The notes under the pieces are model-generated. The model saw only the letters and a program-made list of their open reading frames with translations. It searched no databases and was not told the origin of the DNA. DNA of 63,391 nucleotides, filler included, from Reticulomyxa filosa (taxonomy: Eukaryota > Protista > Foraminifera): NCBI GenBank assembly GCA_000512085.1. It is 19 parts of 19 records of this genome, joined end to end, with 100 filler letters (N's around TTAATTAATTAA, not from the genome) between each part and the next. Parts side by side here need not be neighbours in the genome. Positions count along the whole stretch, not along the records: positions 1 to 10,498 come from ASPP01038772.1; 18 more parts are not named here. One strand, 5' to 3'. This document shows positions 1-10,598 of the stretch, piece by piece. The first letter of the stretch is position 1. The number at the start of each line of letters is the position of its first letter. The translations under genes and the position numbers were made by a program.

Positions 1-54
1 TAAGCCCTAAGCCCTAAGCCCTAAGCCCTAAGCCCTAAGCCCTAAGCCCTAGCC
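1..54 (-). repeat. Telomeric repeat array (CCCTAAG)n, i.e. (TTAGGGC)n on the G-rich strand
   Basis: Seven perfect TAAGCCC units from base 1, then a degenerate TAGCC. The C-rich strand lies at the 5' end of the contig, the expected orientation for a left chromosome end. Confidence 0.88.
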
Positions 55-285
55 AAAAAAATCCTTTTTAAAATAATTTTCTATTTATTAATTCAAAATT
101 TATTTCTTCTTAGTGCTGCAATTAAATCATTTCAAAAAGCAAAAAAATAAAAAAGAAATTATGTTTAAATGTTTATTTTTTATGAAAAAAATCGATTCTC
201 TTCGTAGAGGTGCCATTTAAGTATGCCATTTTTTTTTTTGCAACCACTTGTAATTTAATATTGTCTTTACTTCATTGCTTTATCA

Positions 286-390
286 AAAAGAAAGTTGACA
301 CAAAACGGAACTTTATTTTCTTCTTGAGAAAAAACCAACATTTAATTAAAATTTTTTTTATTAAAAGAAAAATATTTACTTGTAGTTTTT
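286..390 (+). repeat. Dispersed AT-rich repeat (AAAGTTGACACA...CAACATTTAAT...GTAGTTTTT)
   Basis: Similar copies at ~6551-6670 (+), ~10030-10150 (+), ~1750-1820 (-) and ~38240-38380 (-, a different contig). Confidence 0.6.
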
Positions 391-544
391 ATTTTATCTT
401 TCGAAATTTTTCAAAATTTATTGATTTTTTTTTATTGAACTTTTTAACAAAGCATTCTTGTAATTGTAAAGAAAAGGTACCATTTTTTTTAATAAAAAAC
501 CATTAAAATATCTAAAGATTTAATCTTATAAAATCTTTAAATAA

Positions 545-820
545 ATGTTTGCTGTTTCAAATGCAATAATATTGTCGTTTTTTCTGTTATTATGATTTAC
601 CAGTTTCATTACACAGTATCCTTTTAATGAACATCACTTGGATACTCAGATAGGCATGTATTCATTTTTGAGTATGATAAGAATAACAGTTTTTTTTTAA
701 TTGACTTCCTCCACAAATGATTATTTCGTGTCCATATGCTACACATGGATACTGATAAATTTTACTTGGTATGTTGTTCAAAGTTTGGAAATAATCGGAA
801 GTTGAGTGATTCATGTCCAT
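545..820 (-). pseudogene. Kelch-like beta-propeller family pseudogene (N-terminal part)
   Basis: Manual translation from ATG 820: MDMNHSTSDYFQTLNNIPSKIYQYPCVAYGHEIIICGGSQLKKNCYSYHT. After frameshifts it continues KNEY..EYPSDV..KGYCVMKLVNHNN. Homologous to the 53040-53276 copy. Confidence 0.7.
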
Positions 821-1140
821 ATTTAAAAGTTTGACAAAGGATTAAGTTTTTTTTAAGAAAAAGGGATGACCTTTGAAAAAAAAGTAAACCACAAATATCT
901 CTATAATGTGTTAACTTTTTTTTTATTCTACTGTATTTGATTTTGCCGCAGTCAAAAAATTTTTTAAAATTTTATTGGGGGGCCGATGGAACTTTTGTTT
1001 TTAAGGTTTCCTTGAAAAATTTATCGTTTTTACTTTTCATTGATTAGTGTAAGGTAAGTATTTCCTAAATACTTGTAAAAACTTATTTTATTAATAATTT
1101 TTGTTTGTCCAAAAAAAAGTTTATCTTCCAAAAGTACATT

Positions 1141-1473
1141 ATGGCTTCAATCGTCTTTGAGTCGGATGGCAAGGGAACTTTAAAATTTGATGGCAAATCT
1201 GTAAATTGTAGAGGTAAACCAAAATTTGATTACACCAGCGATGTAACATTGAAATCTTCTGATTGTTACGAAAAAAAGTGGAGCTCTGAATATAAGTGTT
1301 ACATGTATTATGCCGTTGGTCCAATTCAATCTGCAAGGGGTGCTTATATTCACCAAGGAGATACTTCAACTTCTAATGGTTGTGTTAGAGTAGAAGGAGA
1401 AGATGCAACGCTCTTTTATGAGTTTGTAAAGAAACGGACATCAACAAGATTAACTGTTTCTTATCCTTGGTAA
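1141..1473 (+). CDS. Small YkuD / L,D-transpeptidase-like catalytic-domain protein (110 aa)
   Basis: Intact ATG-TAA ORF. MYYAVG..RGAYIHQGDTSTSNGCVRV..DATLFYEFV..T.LTV matches the YkuD-fold Hx(n)[S/T]xGCh[R/N] catalytic motif and its flanking M.Y / DA..FY..V pattern. Probable 5'UTR intron at 1054-1134 (GTAAGT...AAAG). Confidence 0.72.
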   Translation: MASIVFESDGKGTLKFDGKSVNCRGKPKFDYTSDVTLKSSDCYEKKWSSEYKCYMYYAVGPIQSARGAYIHQGDTSTSNGCVRVEGEDATLFYEFVKKRTSTRLTVSYPW

Positions 1474-4029
1474 AAAAACTTTTGAGTTTTCAGATTAAAA
1501 TTTTTTTTGGATCCAAAATTTGAAGTTTGCAAAAATGTGGATCAAAAGGCAATGGAAATGCCCAAACGGTTTTTTTGTTGGAGGAAATTATCTATTTATT
1601 AGGATTTTCATCCTAGAACTTAAAAATTATTAAACTGATATAAAAACAAAATTAGATAAAAGCATTTTTGTTGAGACTATCATTTTATTTCAATTTTATT
1701 TACGTCAAAAATGCATCAGCAACCAAGTAAATAAAATAGCAAATACAAGAATTACAAAAAGTGTAAATAAAAAAAAATTGATCATCTATATGAGGTATTT
1801 TTATGTGTCAACTTTCTACTAAAGTTAAAACTTTACACTTTTTGGTTAAAAAAAAGCATCAATTTCTTCAACAAGAGATCTTGATATTGTATTTAAAACA
1901 CGTAATATAGTGCAACATTAAATAAAAACCGTAAAACAATCAATAAATAAAATTCCTTAAAATGCTAAATTACACAACAAAAAACAAATCATGTCAAAAA
2001 CACTCCTAAAAGTAAAAAACGTCGATGAAAAAAATTTAAATTTTTGAAAAAATGGAAAGATGGTACAAAAAACCAAAAAACTACTAAAAGAAAAGAAATC
2101 AAAATTTTTTTTTAAAATGATTTGTTTGAAAGTTTGCTGACATTGATATTAATGAACTTAGATTCAAAACAAAAGAAGTCAAATTCTTTTTATTGTATTT
2201 TTTGAAGATATCCAATTAAAAAAATAATTCTGTTGAACACATTATTTTTATTTTATGTACGCACTTAGTCTTTTGCAGAATAATCGTTTGTCCTCTCCTG
2301 GATAAAAACAATTAATTAATAAAACAATATATAATAAAAGTTATATTCAATAATATTGTTTTCAATTATCATTCACAATTTATTAAAATTATTTAATTAG
2401 AAATGACAAATAAAAAAAACTTGTGAATACAAAAGTTGTCCTAACTCTGAAAAAAGGGATCATAATGTATATCATGATATTGCTTTGTTTTTTTAATATT
2501 TTATTTGATATGTTACTTGGTGTTTAGAAAAGAAACACAAAGAAAAAATTTGTTGATTTAATCGTTGTTTTGCTTTTTTAATGCTATTGCAATTGAATTT
2601 TGTATTTACCTATTATAAGAAACAAATATTTTTTGAAATTGTCATCATTTTGGTCTATCAATATTCGAATAATGTACATTTAATTTTTGTTTTTGTATTG
2701 AAAGATAGAATAAAACAAAATTTTTACTTAATAGTCATTGGTACTTGTGTGAACTTTGTATGTGCCCTGGTTTCATGAACTTAGTAACTCTCGTTGCTAC
2801 CACTTGCACTATTTTGCCTAAAATTAATGTCAATCTCTGTCCAATATAAATTTCTTATGAGCATTATTTTTATTATACTTGTCAAATATTTCATCAAATT
2901 TATCTAAAATAACTTCAGATAGAAGAAGAAACTCGCATGGAAGAAAATTGAATAAAAAAATTACAAATGATATTGTTATTTTTACATAACAAGAAAAAAA
3001 TAATGTTGCGTTATCACATATATTTTCTTTCATATTTTAGATTTTTTATTCAATTCAGTTAAAAGAAAATTCATATTAAACTTTGTTAGTAATTGGAGTT
3101 ACACTTTATGGATCATAGAGCTATGTACTTATTCCACGATAGCAACTTGAACTTTTGATACACAAAAATATGTTGTAAATCTAATGAATGATTGAGCTAC
3201 AACTATTTTTATTATCAACTACGTTTTGTTGATCTAAATATATCAATTTTCTTTCAAAGAAATAAATAAGCACAGTAACAAAGAGCCTTCATAGGACTCT
3301 TTTTAAAAAAGAAAAATAACTAATCTAAATTATAACAAATTAAATTAAATTTCTTGTTTTGAAAAATAATATTACTATTGTTTCTTTCGCTCATTATTGT
3401 AATGCTTTCACATAGTGGCGATCATTATTCCATCAATAGTCGTTTTTTTGTTACTAGATAAAAATAGCATTCTTAAGATAAACTTGTGGTTGTCAAATGT
3501 TTCTTTTTGTCTTTACATTCAATGCAAGTACCAATTATTGTTCCAATTTGACAAGTTTATTGTTTAATATCATAACTTCCGCATAAAGCCATATTATTTT
3601 GCTTTCTACATTATCTATAAATTAGTGATTAGATATCCAAGCGATCTATTGCATCTTGTTGCAATTGAAATTGTTGTACTAATGGATTTACGTCACTGTT
3701 GCCACCAAAAATACTTGAATGTTTGATTGAAATGGCTGCACCAATGGAATTATGCCAATCACTCGGTTCAATTGAGAGCATATTGTTCGAATTACTTAGT
3801 TTTTTTATTCTATTGTGACTCAATTCCTATCTTATTACTCAATTCAGATTTTTCATCTCCAATCAACTTGATTCTTCATTTTTACCTTTAAGTTTTGAAT
3901 CGTGTGGATCACTAAATCGATCATTATGACTTAAAAAATTTACATCAATACTTTTACCATTATAAATTATCATAAAAGTATATTTTGCAATTTTATTTCT
4001 AAATATATTACTGAATGCTAATACTTATT

Positions 4030-5260
4030 TTTAGTAGTCCAGCTAAGGTAGGCCCTTAAGTCTTAGCGTTCCAGATGATAGTAATATTAAACTTTCTGTT
4101 TTCAAATAAAAAAAAAATGTAGCCGGACTCTTGAACTTTCCATATCTAAAAACAAAAATTTGACTTGGAAAAATGATTATATATAAGATGCTGTATAAAA
4201 ATGCTGATATTTTTGAAGGCAAAAAAATTAACAGTATTTTCGCTATAACTTTTTTATACAATGGAATTTTTTCACCAGAATTTCGCCAAATGGTATTCTT
4301 TGCGGTTTTACATCCGACCATTTGCGAGGCTTATTATTTTTGTTTTACTTGCCTTTGAAGCTGCTGAGGTTGTTGAAAACAATAGAATTGGCAATCAAGT
4401 AATTGAAACAAAAATGATAAGCCTCGCAAATGATCGGAGGCAATGTAAAACCGCAAAAAATACCATGTGGTGAAATTCCGGTGAAAAAATTCCATTGTAT
4501 GAAAAAGTTATAACAAAAATACTTTTTATTTGTTATTATTTTCCATAGGAATCCAGCTTAAATAACCGCTTAAGTACCGCAAACATAGCTGGAATTTGGT
4601 AATGATGAAATGCCATGATTTTTTGGATGAAACAATTATAAAAGCAGCAAATTTTTTGTTTTATTTGCCAACACAAATTTAATTTACGTATTTGTGACGG
4701 TTTCATTGAATTGAAACCAAACAACAAGTTTACAAAATTTATTTTTATTCACAATTAGAATTGAAAACCAAAGCCAAAAAGAAGTTTTTATATTTTAGTG
4801 GTTTTGTTGTTTTTTTTCATTGGAGCAACATTTTGTCCAAATTGGTGGATAGTATATTGTAACAGTAATTGATCTGATAATACACTTGATACCGTCGCTA
4901 GTGGTGAAACACAGTATCGTGCACCAAATTGAAATTGTTGTTGAGCTACTGACATTTCTGATTGTACTGCATGATTGGTTGGACATTAGGCTGCACATTT
5001 TTAAGCTATTTCTTTTTTTTCCGGTATAAACGTTTTATAGGCCAGTATAAACGTTTTTTTATCAATAAAAACGTTTATCTACTACGCTTATCATCTATTC
5101 ACAAAACATTTTTGGTTGAATTCAATCATGATGCTCTTGTATCAATCATATTGCTTTTAACTTTTTAACTTTTTAACTTTTTGCACATTTTTAAGCTACT
5201 AATATTACTTGGATAACATCCAAGTCAATGATTTGGAAAAAACAATTTTTTAAAATACAT
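4030..5260 (+). repeat. Subtelomeric segmental duplication, copy 1
   Basis: Colinear high similarity to 8125-9480. Shared anchors include TTAGCGTTCCAGATGATAGTAATATT, GGACATTAGGCTGCACATTTT and CATCCAAGTCAAT. Confidence 0.9.
4233..4523. mobile_element. Fold-back / MITE-like element: ~115-bp inverted arms around a ~58-bp spacer
   Basis: The left arm 4233-4346 (AGTATTTTCGCTATAACTTTTT..TACAATGGAATTTTTTCACC..TGCGGTTTTACAT..ATTTGCGAGGCTTAT) is the reverse complement of 4405-4523. A second copy at 8328-8600 has a truncated right arm. Confidence 0.75.
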
Positions 5261-5364
5261 ACAATATTATATGTCAACGAAAATTAAATAAACAAAAAAA
5301 CTAATAAAAAAATTGTGTAAAATGTGTAATTCCTCCTTCACAAAATAATTATAATTTTTTTTCA

Positions 5365-5860
5365 TTCCACATCGATCTTTTTCACTTTAAAATTCTTTGC
5401 CCGTGCCAATGATGTATCGCCATATGGGCCATCGTAACTTTTGTTTGCAGGAACTGTGTGCATTTGTGTTGCACTTGTTACTATAAAGATGTCAGGCCCT
5501 TTACCGATTCGATTGAATTAAAAAAAAATTTCATTACATTATACATACTCTATATCTGTTTATATACATATATATATTCCTTATCAAATATTGGACTATT
5601 TGCCCTTCCGATGGATCGTATCGTTTGCATATTCACTTTTAATTGGAAATTATTGATAATGACTATCTTTCATCCGCAACAAAAACACAAATGCACAGTG
5701 ATCATACTTAATCATATTTTCTGTTATGCGGCCGTACCATTTCATTTCTGTATACGCACAAAAAATATGATCAAATTCGGATAGCGTGAGTACAATTGTT
5801 GGTCCTTTTCCATTGAATCTTTCATGAAATTTGCTTGCAAGAAAGCTCTAGCAATAATAA
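5365..5860 (-). pseudogene. TLDc-domain pseudogene
   Basis: Manual minus-strand translation: FLASKFHEK / FNGKGPTIVLTLSEFDHIFCAYTEMKW..DHCAFVFLLR..*FPIK, an intron-like AT tract, then GPDIFI..SYDGP..LARAKNFKVKKIDV. Contains stops and frameshifts; parallels 56838-57560. Confidence 0.72.
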
Positions 5861-6055
5861 TGTTGAATTATAGTCTTTTGGCAACAATGACTTTAACAAA
5901 TTTATTTCTTTATTTGATAATCTACATAAAATAATCCTTAAGTGCTAGCATTCCCTATTGCGAGATAATTTCCCAAAAAAGCGGAAAATGTAGTCCAAGA
6001 CTTCAGCTACAATTTTCGTTGTTTTTTTTTGAATATTATCAAAAAAAAGTTAACA

Positions 6056-6300
6056 TACAAGTATCTCATTATTGAAATTTGCACAAAAATGTTTTGTGAT
6101 TACAAAACAGCAAAGTAAAACAACGTTAATGCTAAATATACGAATATAATTCCCGGTAAAAAAAACGATGATGCTGGCAAAAAGAAAAATAGTACAAAAG
6201 TAAGCAAAACCACAAAAAAAATTATACAAGTATCTCATTAATGGAATTTGCACGAAAATGGTTTGTGTTTACAAAATAAACAAAGTAAAACTACGTTTTT
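6056..6300 (+). repeat. ~75-bp unit present twice (6056, 6225) with a third copy at ~9777-9850
   Basis: TACAAGTATCTCATTA(T/A)TG(A/G)AATTTGCAC..AAATG(T/G)TTTGTG..TACAAAA..CAAAGTAAAAC.ACGTT repeated. Confidence 0.8.
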
Positions 6301-6359
6301 ACTAAATCATTATAGATGAATATTTTTTTTGTAAATATGTAAACACGTACAGAGTCATC

Positions 6360-6535
6360 TAACATTTTCTCTAATATTTCACATTTTTTTTCAATATTTC
6401 TTATATTTTTCATATTTTCTATCATATTTCTCATATTTTTTCATATTTATTATATTTTTTCTAATATTTTTTATATTTTTTACATTTTTTTTCATATTTC
6501 TTTAACTCTTTCTTACATTTTTTCTTTTTTTTTAT
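6360..6535 (+). repeat. Degenerate 12-13-bp minisatellite (CATATTTTTTTCT-like)
   Basis: Many imperfect copies of (C/T)ATATTTT(T)nC. Confidence 0.65.
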
Positions 6536-6983
6536 TACAGTAGAATGAGAAAAAAGTTGACACAAACAAGCCACTTTATTGTGATAATTTGTTTTTTTTT
6601 ATGAAGATCAACATTTAATAGATCATTTTTTAAATATATACAAATCGTGCAGTTTTTAATATTTTTAGTTTTTATTTAATTTGAAAAAAAGTTATGACTT
6701 GTTTGTATTCATGAAATTTATCATTTTTTTTAACATTTTTAGGAAGTACAGTCACGTAGATATTAAAAAGCTACATCAATAAAAAATAGTCAAAAACAAA
6801 ATTTGCTAAAAAGACCAAAAAAAGTTACAAGTAGATTGAAATTTGAAAGACGCAACGTTTTTCTTTTTTCTACTATATTCCATCAATTTATTTTTTTTAG
6901 GTAGTTGAACTAGAAAAAAGGTACGTTTTTTGGGAAAGAGATTTTTTTTCATTATCTGGTTTTTTTTTTGCGTAATTGTGGAG

Positions 6984-7420
6984 ATGAATTCATCTGTTGT
7001 AGTTATTCTTCACTATGGTGATTTGAAATGGCGAACTCAATTATATGATAAGACAATTGACGAGTTGTTGTCGAAAATTAAAGAAAGAAACATTAAAGAT
7101 GTTAACGATAATTTGAAAATAAAAATAAATGACGAGAAGGGATTTTCAATATTATGTAGTGAAGATATTAAGCTCGCTTAGAGCATAATCAGTTTGACTT
7201 TTACACCGAATTTGAAATAAGTTTTGTATTTTCCTTTTTTTTTTTGTGTTTTTTTATTTATTAAAAATACAATAACAACAGCCGCAATTGTGTGAGCAAC
7301 AATGTTTCGTTCCAAATCTTGGTGGACAAATTCATATTTAAGTCCAAATTTAAACGCTTTCATTATGTCTCAAAGAAAATGTAACGACAAACAGAGCAGG
7401 AATTTAGTAATGAATGAAAT
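6984..7420 (+). pseudogene. PB1/ubiquitin-like-fold gene relic
   Basis: MNSSVVVILHYGDLKWR..TIDELLSKIKER..KIKINDEKGFSILCSEDIKLA*EHNQFDFY has a PB1-like pattern with an in-frame stop. The downstream exon-like segment is duplicated at 8620-8760. Confidence 0.4.
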
Positions 7421-8052
7421 AAACATAAATGATTAAAAATTTTGTCAAGATCATGGATTTGTCCCACTTTTATCACAAACATCATTAAAAAAATAGCCCT
7501 TTTTTAAGAACAAAAATTACAATTTGTTTACCAAAAAATTAAATAAATGTTGGTAAAATTGGTTAATTTTGTAACATATGATAATAGTGTACTCAAAAAT
7601 TGAACGATTCTTCATAGAGAACATTAAATATCTGCCAAAAAACTAACAACAATTCAAAAAAATTCCATAAATAAGTACAGCACAAAAAAAAGTCAACACA
7701 TAATTTAGCACTCAAACCAAAAAAAAAACAGTTTAAGTGACGTCAATATTTTCCAAATAGAAAAACTTTCAAAAAAATGCAATATGTGCATAATATAAAC
7801 AGATAGAAAGTATTATAATGTAATATAATTTTTTTATAATTTAATTGAATGTAAAAGGCCTGATATTTTCATTAGTGACAATTGCAGCAAAATTCCACGT
7901 AATTCACGCAAAAAAAAAAGTTACAATGACCACATGACGATACAACATTAGCAGAAGCAATTTAAAAAAAATGAATTGATGGCACCTATTAAATTTAAAA
8001 AAAAATTTTATGACAAGAATGAATTACACATTTTATACAAACTCTTCATGCT

Positions 8053-8115
8053 AGTTGCAATTATTTAGTTGCAATTATCATAGTTGCAATTATTTAGTTG
8101 CAATTATCATAGTTG
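8053..8115 (+). repeat. Tandem repeat of AGTTGCAATTAT(TT/CAT) units (x4)
   Basis: Seen directly. Confidence 0.85.
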
Positions 8116-8124
8116 ATTTTTATT

Positions 8125-9480
8125 TTTTAGTAGTCCAACTAATTACACTTTTAGGTATTAGCGTTCCAGATGATAGTAATATTGAACTTTTTGTTTTTAA
8201 ATAAAATAAAAAATGTAGCCGGACTCTTGGACTTTTCATATCTGAAAACAAAAATTTGTTTTGGAAAAATGATGATATATAAGATGCTATATGAAATGCT
8301 GATGTTTTTGAAGGCAAGAAAATTAAAAGTATTTTCGCTATAACTTTTTCATACAATGGAATTTTTTTACCTGAATTTCACCAAATATATTCTTTGCGGT
8401 TTTACACCATCTCCGACGATTTTCGATGCTATTATTTTCGTTTTACTTGCATTTGAAGCTGCTGAGGTTGTTGAAAACAATAGAATTGGTGAAACAAAAA
8501 TGATAAGTCTCGCAAATGATCGGAGATGATGCAAAATTGCAAAGAATGCGCTTTGGTGAAATTTCGGCGAAAAAATTCCGTCACATCTAGATATGTGATA
8601 TCTCATCTACCAGTAGAACAGCAATTTCAGTTGTGTGAGCAACAAGGTTTCGTTTGAAGTTTTGTTTGAACAAATCGCATTCAGGTCCAAGTTTAAACGC
8701 CTTTGTTACGTCTTAAAGAAAATTTAACGACAAACAAAGCAGGAATTTGGTAATGAATGAAAATACCATGATTTTTTTAATGAAGCAAAAAATCATGAAA
8801 GCAACGAATTTTTTGTTTTATTTGCCAACACAAATCTAATTTACGTATTTGTGACAGTTGCATTAAATTGAAGCCAAAAAAATAAAAAAACAACAAGTCT
8901 AAATGATTTATTCTTATTCACAATTAGAACTGAAAATCAAAACCAAAAGTCTTTATATTTTAGTCGTTTTGTTTTTTTTTCTTTGGAGCAACAGTTTGTC
9001 CAAAATTGGCTGAAAGTATATTATGGCAGTGATTGGTTTGATAATACACTTGATACCGTTGTTGCTGGTGCTGCCATTGCCAATTGTGCGGTTGCTAGTT
9101 GTGAAACACAGTATCGTGCACCAAGTCGAAATTGTTGTTGAGCTGCTATTTTTGGTTGTACTTGCATGCTTGATTGGACATTAGGCTGCACATTTTAAGT
9201 TATTTCTTTTTTTCCGGTATAAACGTTTTATAGGCCAGCATAAACTTTTTTTTTTCAATAAAAACGTTTATCTACTACGTTATCATCTACTCACAAAACA
9301 TTTTTGGTTGAATTTCACTCATGATGCACTTGTATCAATTATATTGCTTTTAACTTTTTAACTTTTTAACTTTTTGCACATTTTTAAGCTTATGTAATAA
9401 ATGTATATGTTACCAACTAACATTGCTTGGATAGCATCCAAGTCAATAATTTGGAAAAAACTTTTTTTTTTAAATACATT
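8125..9480 (+). repeat. Subtelomeric segmental duplication, copy 2 (8601-8740 replaced by a segment homologous to 7285-7420)
   Basis: Direct comparison with 4030-5260 and 7285-7420. Confidence 0.9.
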
Positions 9481-10211
9481 ACACTTAAAAAAAAAGGACA
9501 GCTTAGACTGCTATAACCACTACATGTTGACATAGCAATTATAATTACTTGTTTTTTTTATTCATAATGATATTGAAGTTTTATTTAAAAATTATAATAA
9601 ATTCAACAAAAACAAATACTAAAAAGATTATACAAGTAAAATGTCAATATTACAATGACAAACATAATGAATTGGATGTAAATGTATTTGATATACTTTC
9701 AAAACTAAATATAAAAAAATGAATATGAAAAAATTAGTAAGTAATGAGAAAAAAAGTTAAAAATGAAATAATTTATACCAGTATCTCATTATTGAAAGTT
9801 GTAAGAAAATGTTTTGTGATTACAAAACAAGCAAAGTAAAACAACGTTAATTATGTTTGGCAAGACTAATGCTTTTATTAGCCTTGTCAGCATTTTTTTC
9901 ACTTGCTCTGGGTATTTTGCAGAAACGATTTATTTTTTTTTAAAATGCTTTTTCTTCGCTTGTTGTAGTCTTATTGAATGCTAGCATAGTTTCGCCCAAA
10001 CCCAAATATTACAGTAGGTTGCAAAAAAAACTAAACACCTAAAATGCTACCTTATGAAAATAATAAATTTTCTCTACGAAAAATCAACATCAAACCTAAT
10101 TTTTTTTTTATTTAAAAAAATATATACACATTTTGTAGTTTTTAAATATAAAAAAAAATACTACTGAACAATTTTAACTTTATCACTTAAAAACGTACTA
10201 CTAAAAAAAAA

Positions 10212-10379
10212 TAATTACACCATTAAGTATTAGCATTCCATATTGTTCGATATTGCGAGATAATTTCCCAAAAAAGCGAAAAATGTAGTCCAAGATTCCA
10301 GCTACAATTTCCGCTTTTTCTGAAAAAATATCTCACAATATCGAACAATATAGAATGCTAACACTTAATAATGTAATTA
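10212..10379. mobile_element. Short fold-back / MITE-like element: ~77-bp inverted arms, 13-nt loop
   Basis: TAATTACACCATTAAGTATTAGCATTCCATATTGTTCGATATTGCGAGATA...ATGTAG / CTACA...TATCTCACAATATCGAACAATATAGAATGCTAACACTTAATAATGTAATTA. Partial copy at ~5937-6040. Confidence 0.78.
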
Positions 10380-10498
10380 ATTGCATTGATTAGACAAAAA
10401 AATAAAAAAACAAGTCTAAAAATTTCATTTTTATTCAAATACAAACATTTGCGGAAATACAAACATTTGCGGTTATTCTTTACTATATTGATTTGAAA

Positions 10499-10598
10499 NN
10501 NNNNNNNNNNNNNNNNNNNNNNNNNNNNNNNNNNNNNNNNNNTTAATTAATTAANNNNNNNNNNNNNNNNNNNNNNNNNNNNNNNNNNNNNNNNNNNN
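10499..10598. other. Artificial contig spacer N44-TTAATTAATTAA-N44. 18 copies, starting at 10499, 14555, 18198, 20490, 23277, 24668, 30601, 35666, 38127, 43194, 44902, 47055, 49550, 51057, 52648, 54971, 56205 and 58038
   Basis: Identical 100-nt spacer each time, with a six-frame stop linker. Confidence 0.98.

Noticed and set aside
2720-3930. Coding-like minus-strand stretch in the subtelomere
   Set aside because: Stops in all frames and no recognisable motif. Probably a decayed gene, but it cannot be named.
8053-8115. CRISPR-like short repeats
   Set aside because: The units are directly tandem with no unique spacers, the context is eukaryotic, and there are no cas genes.
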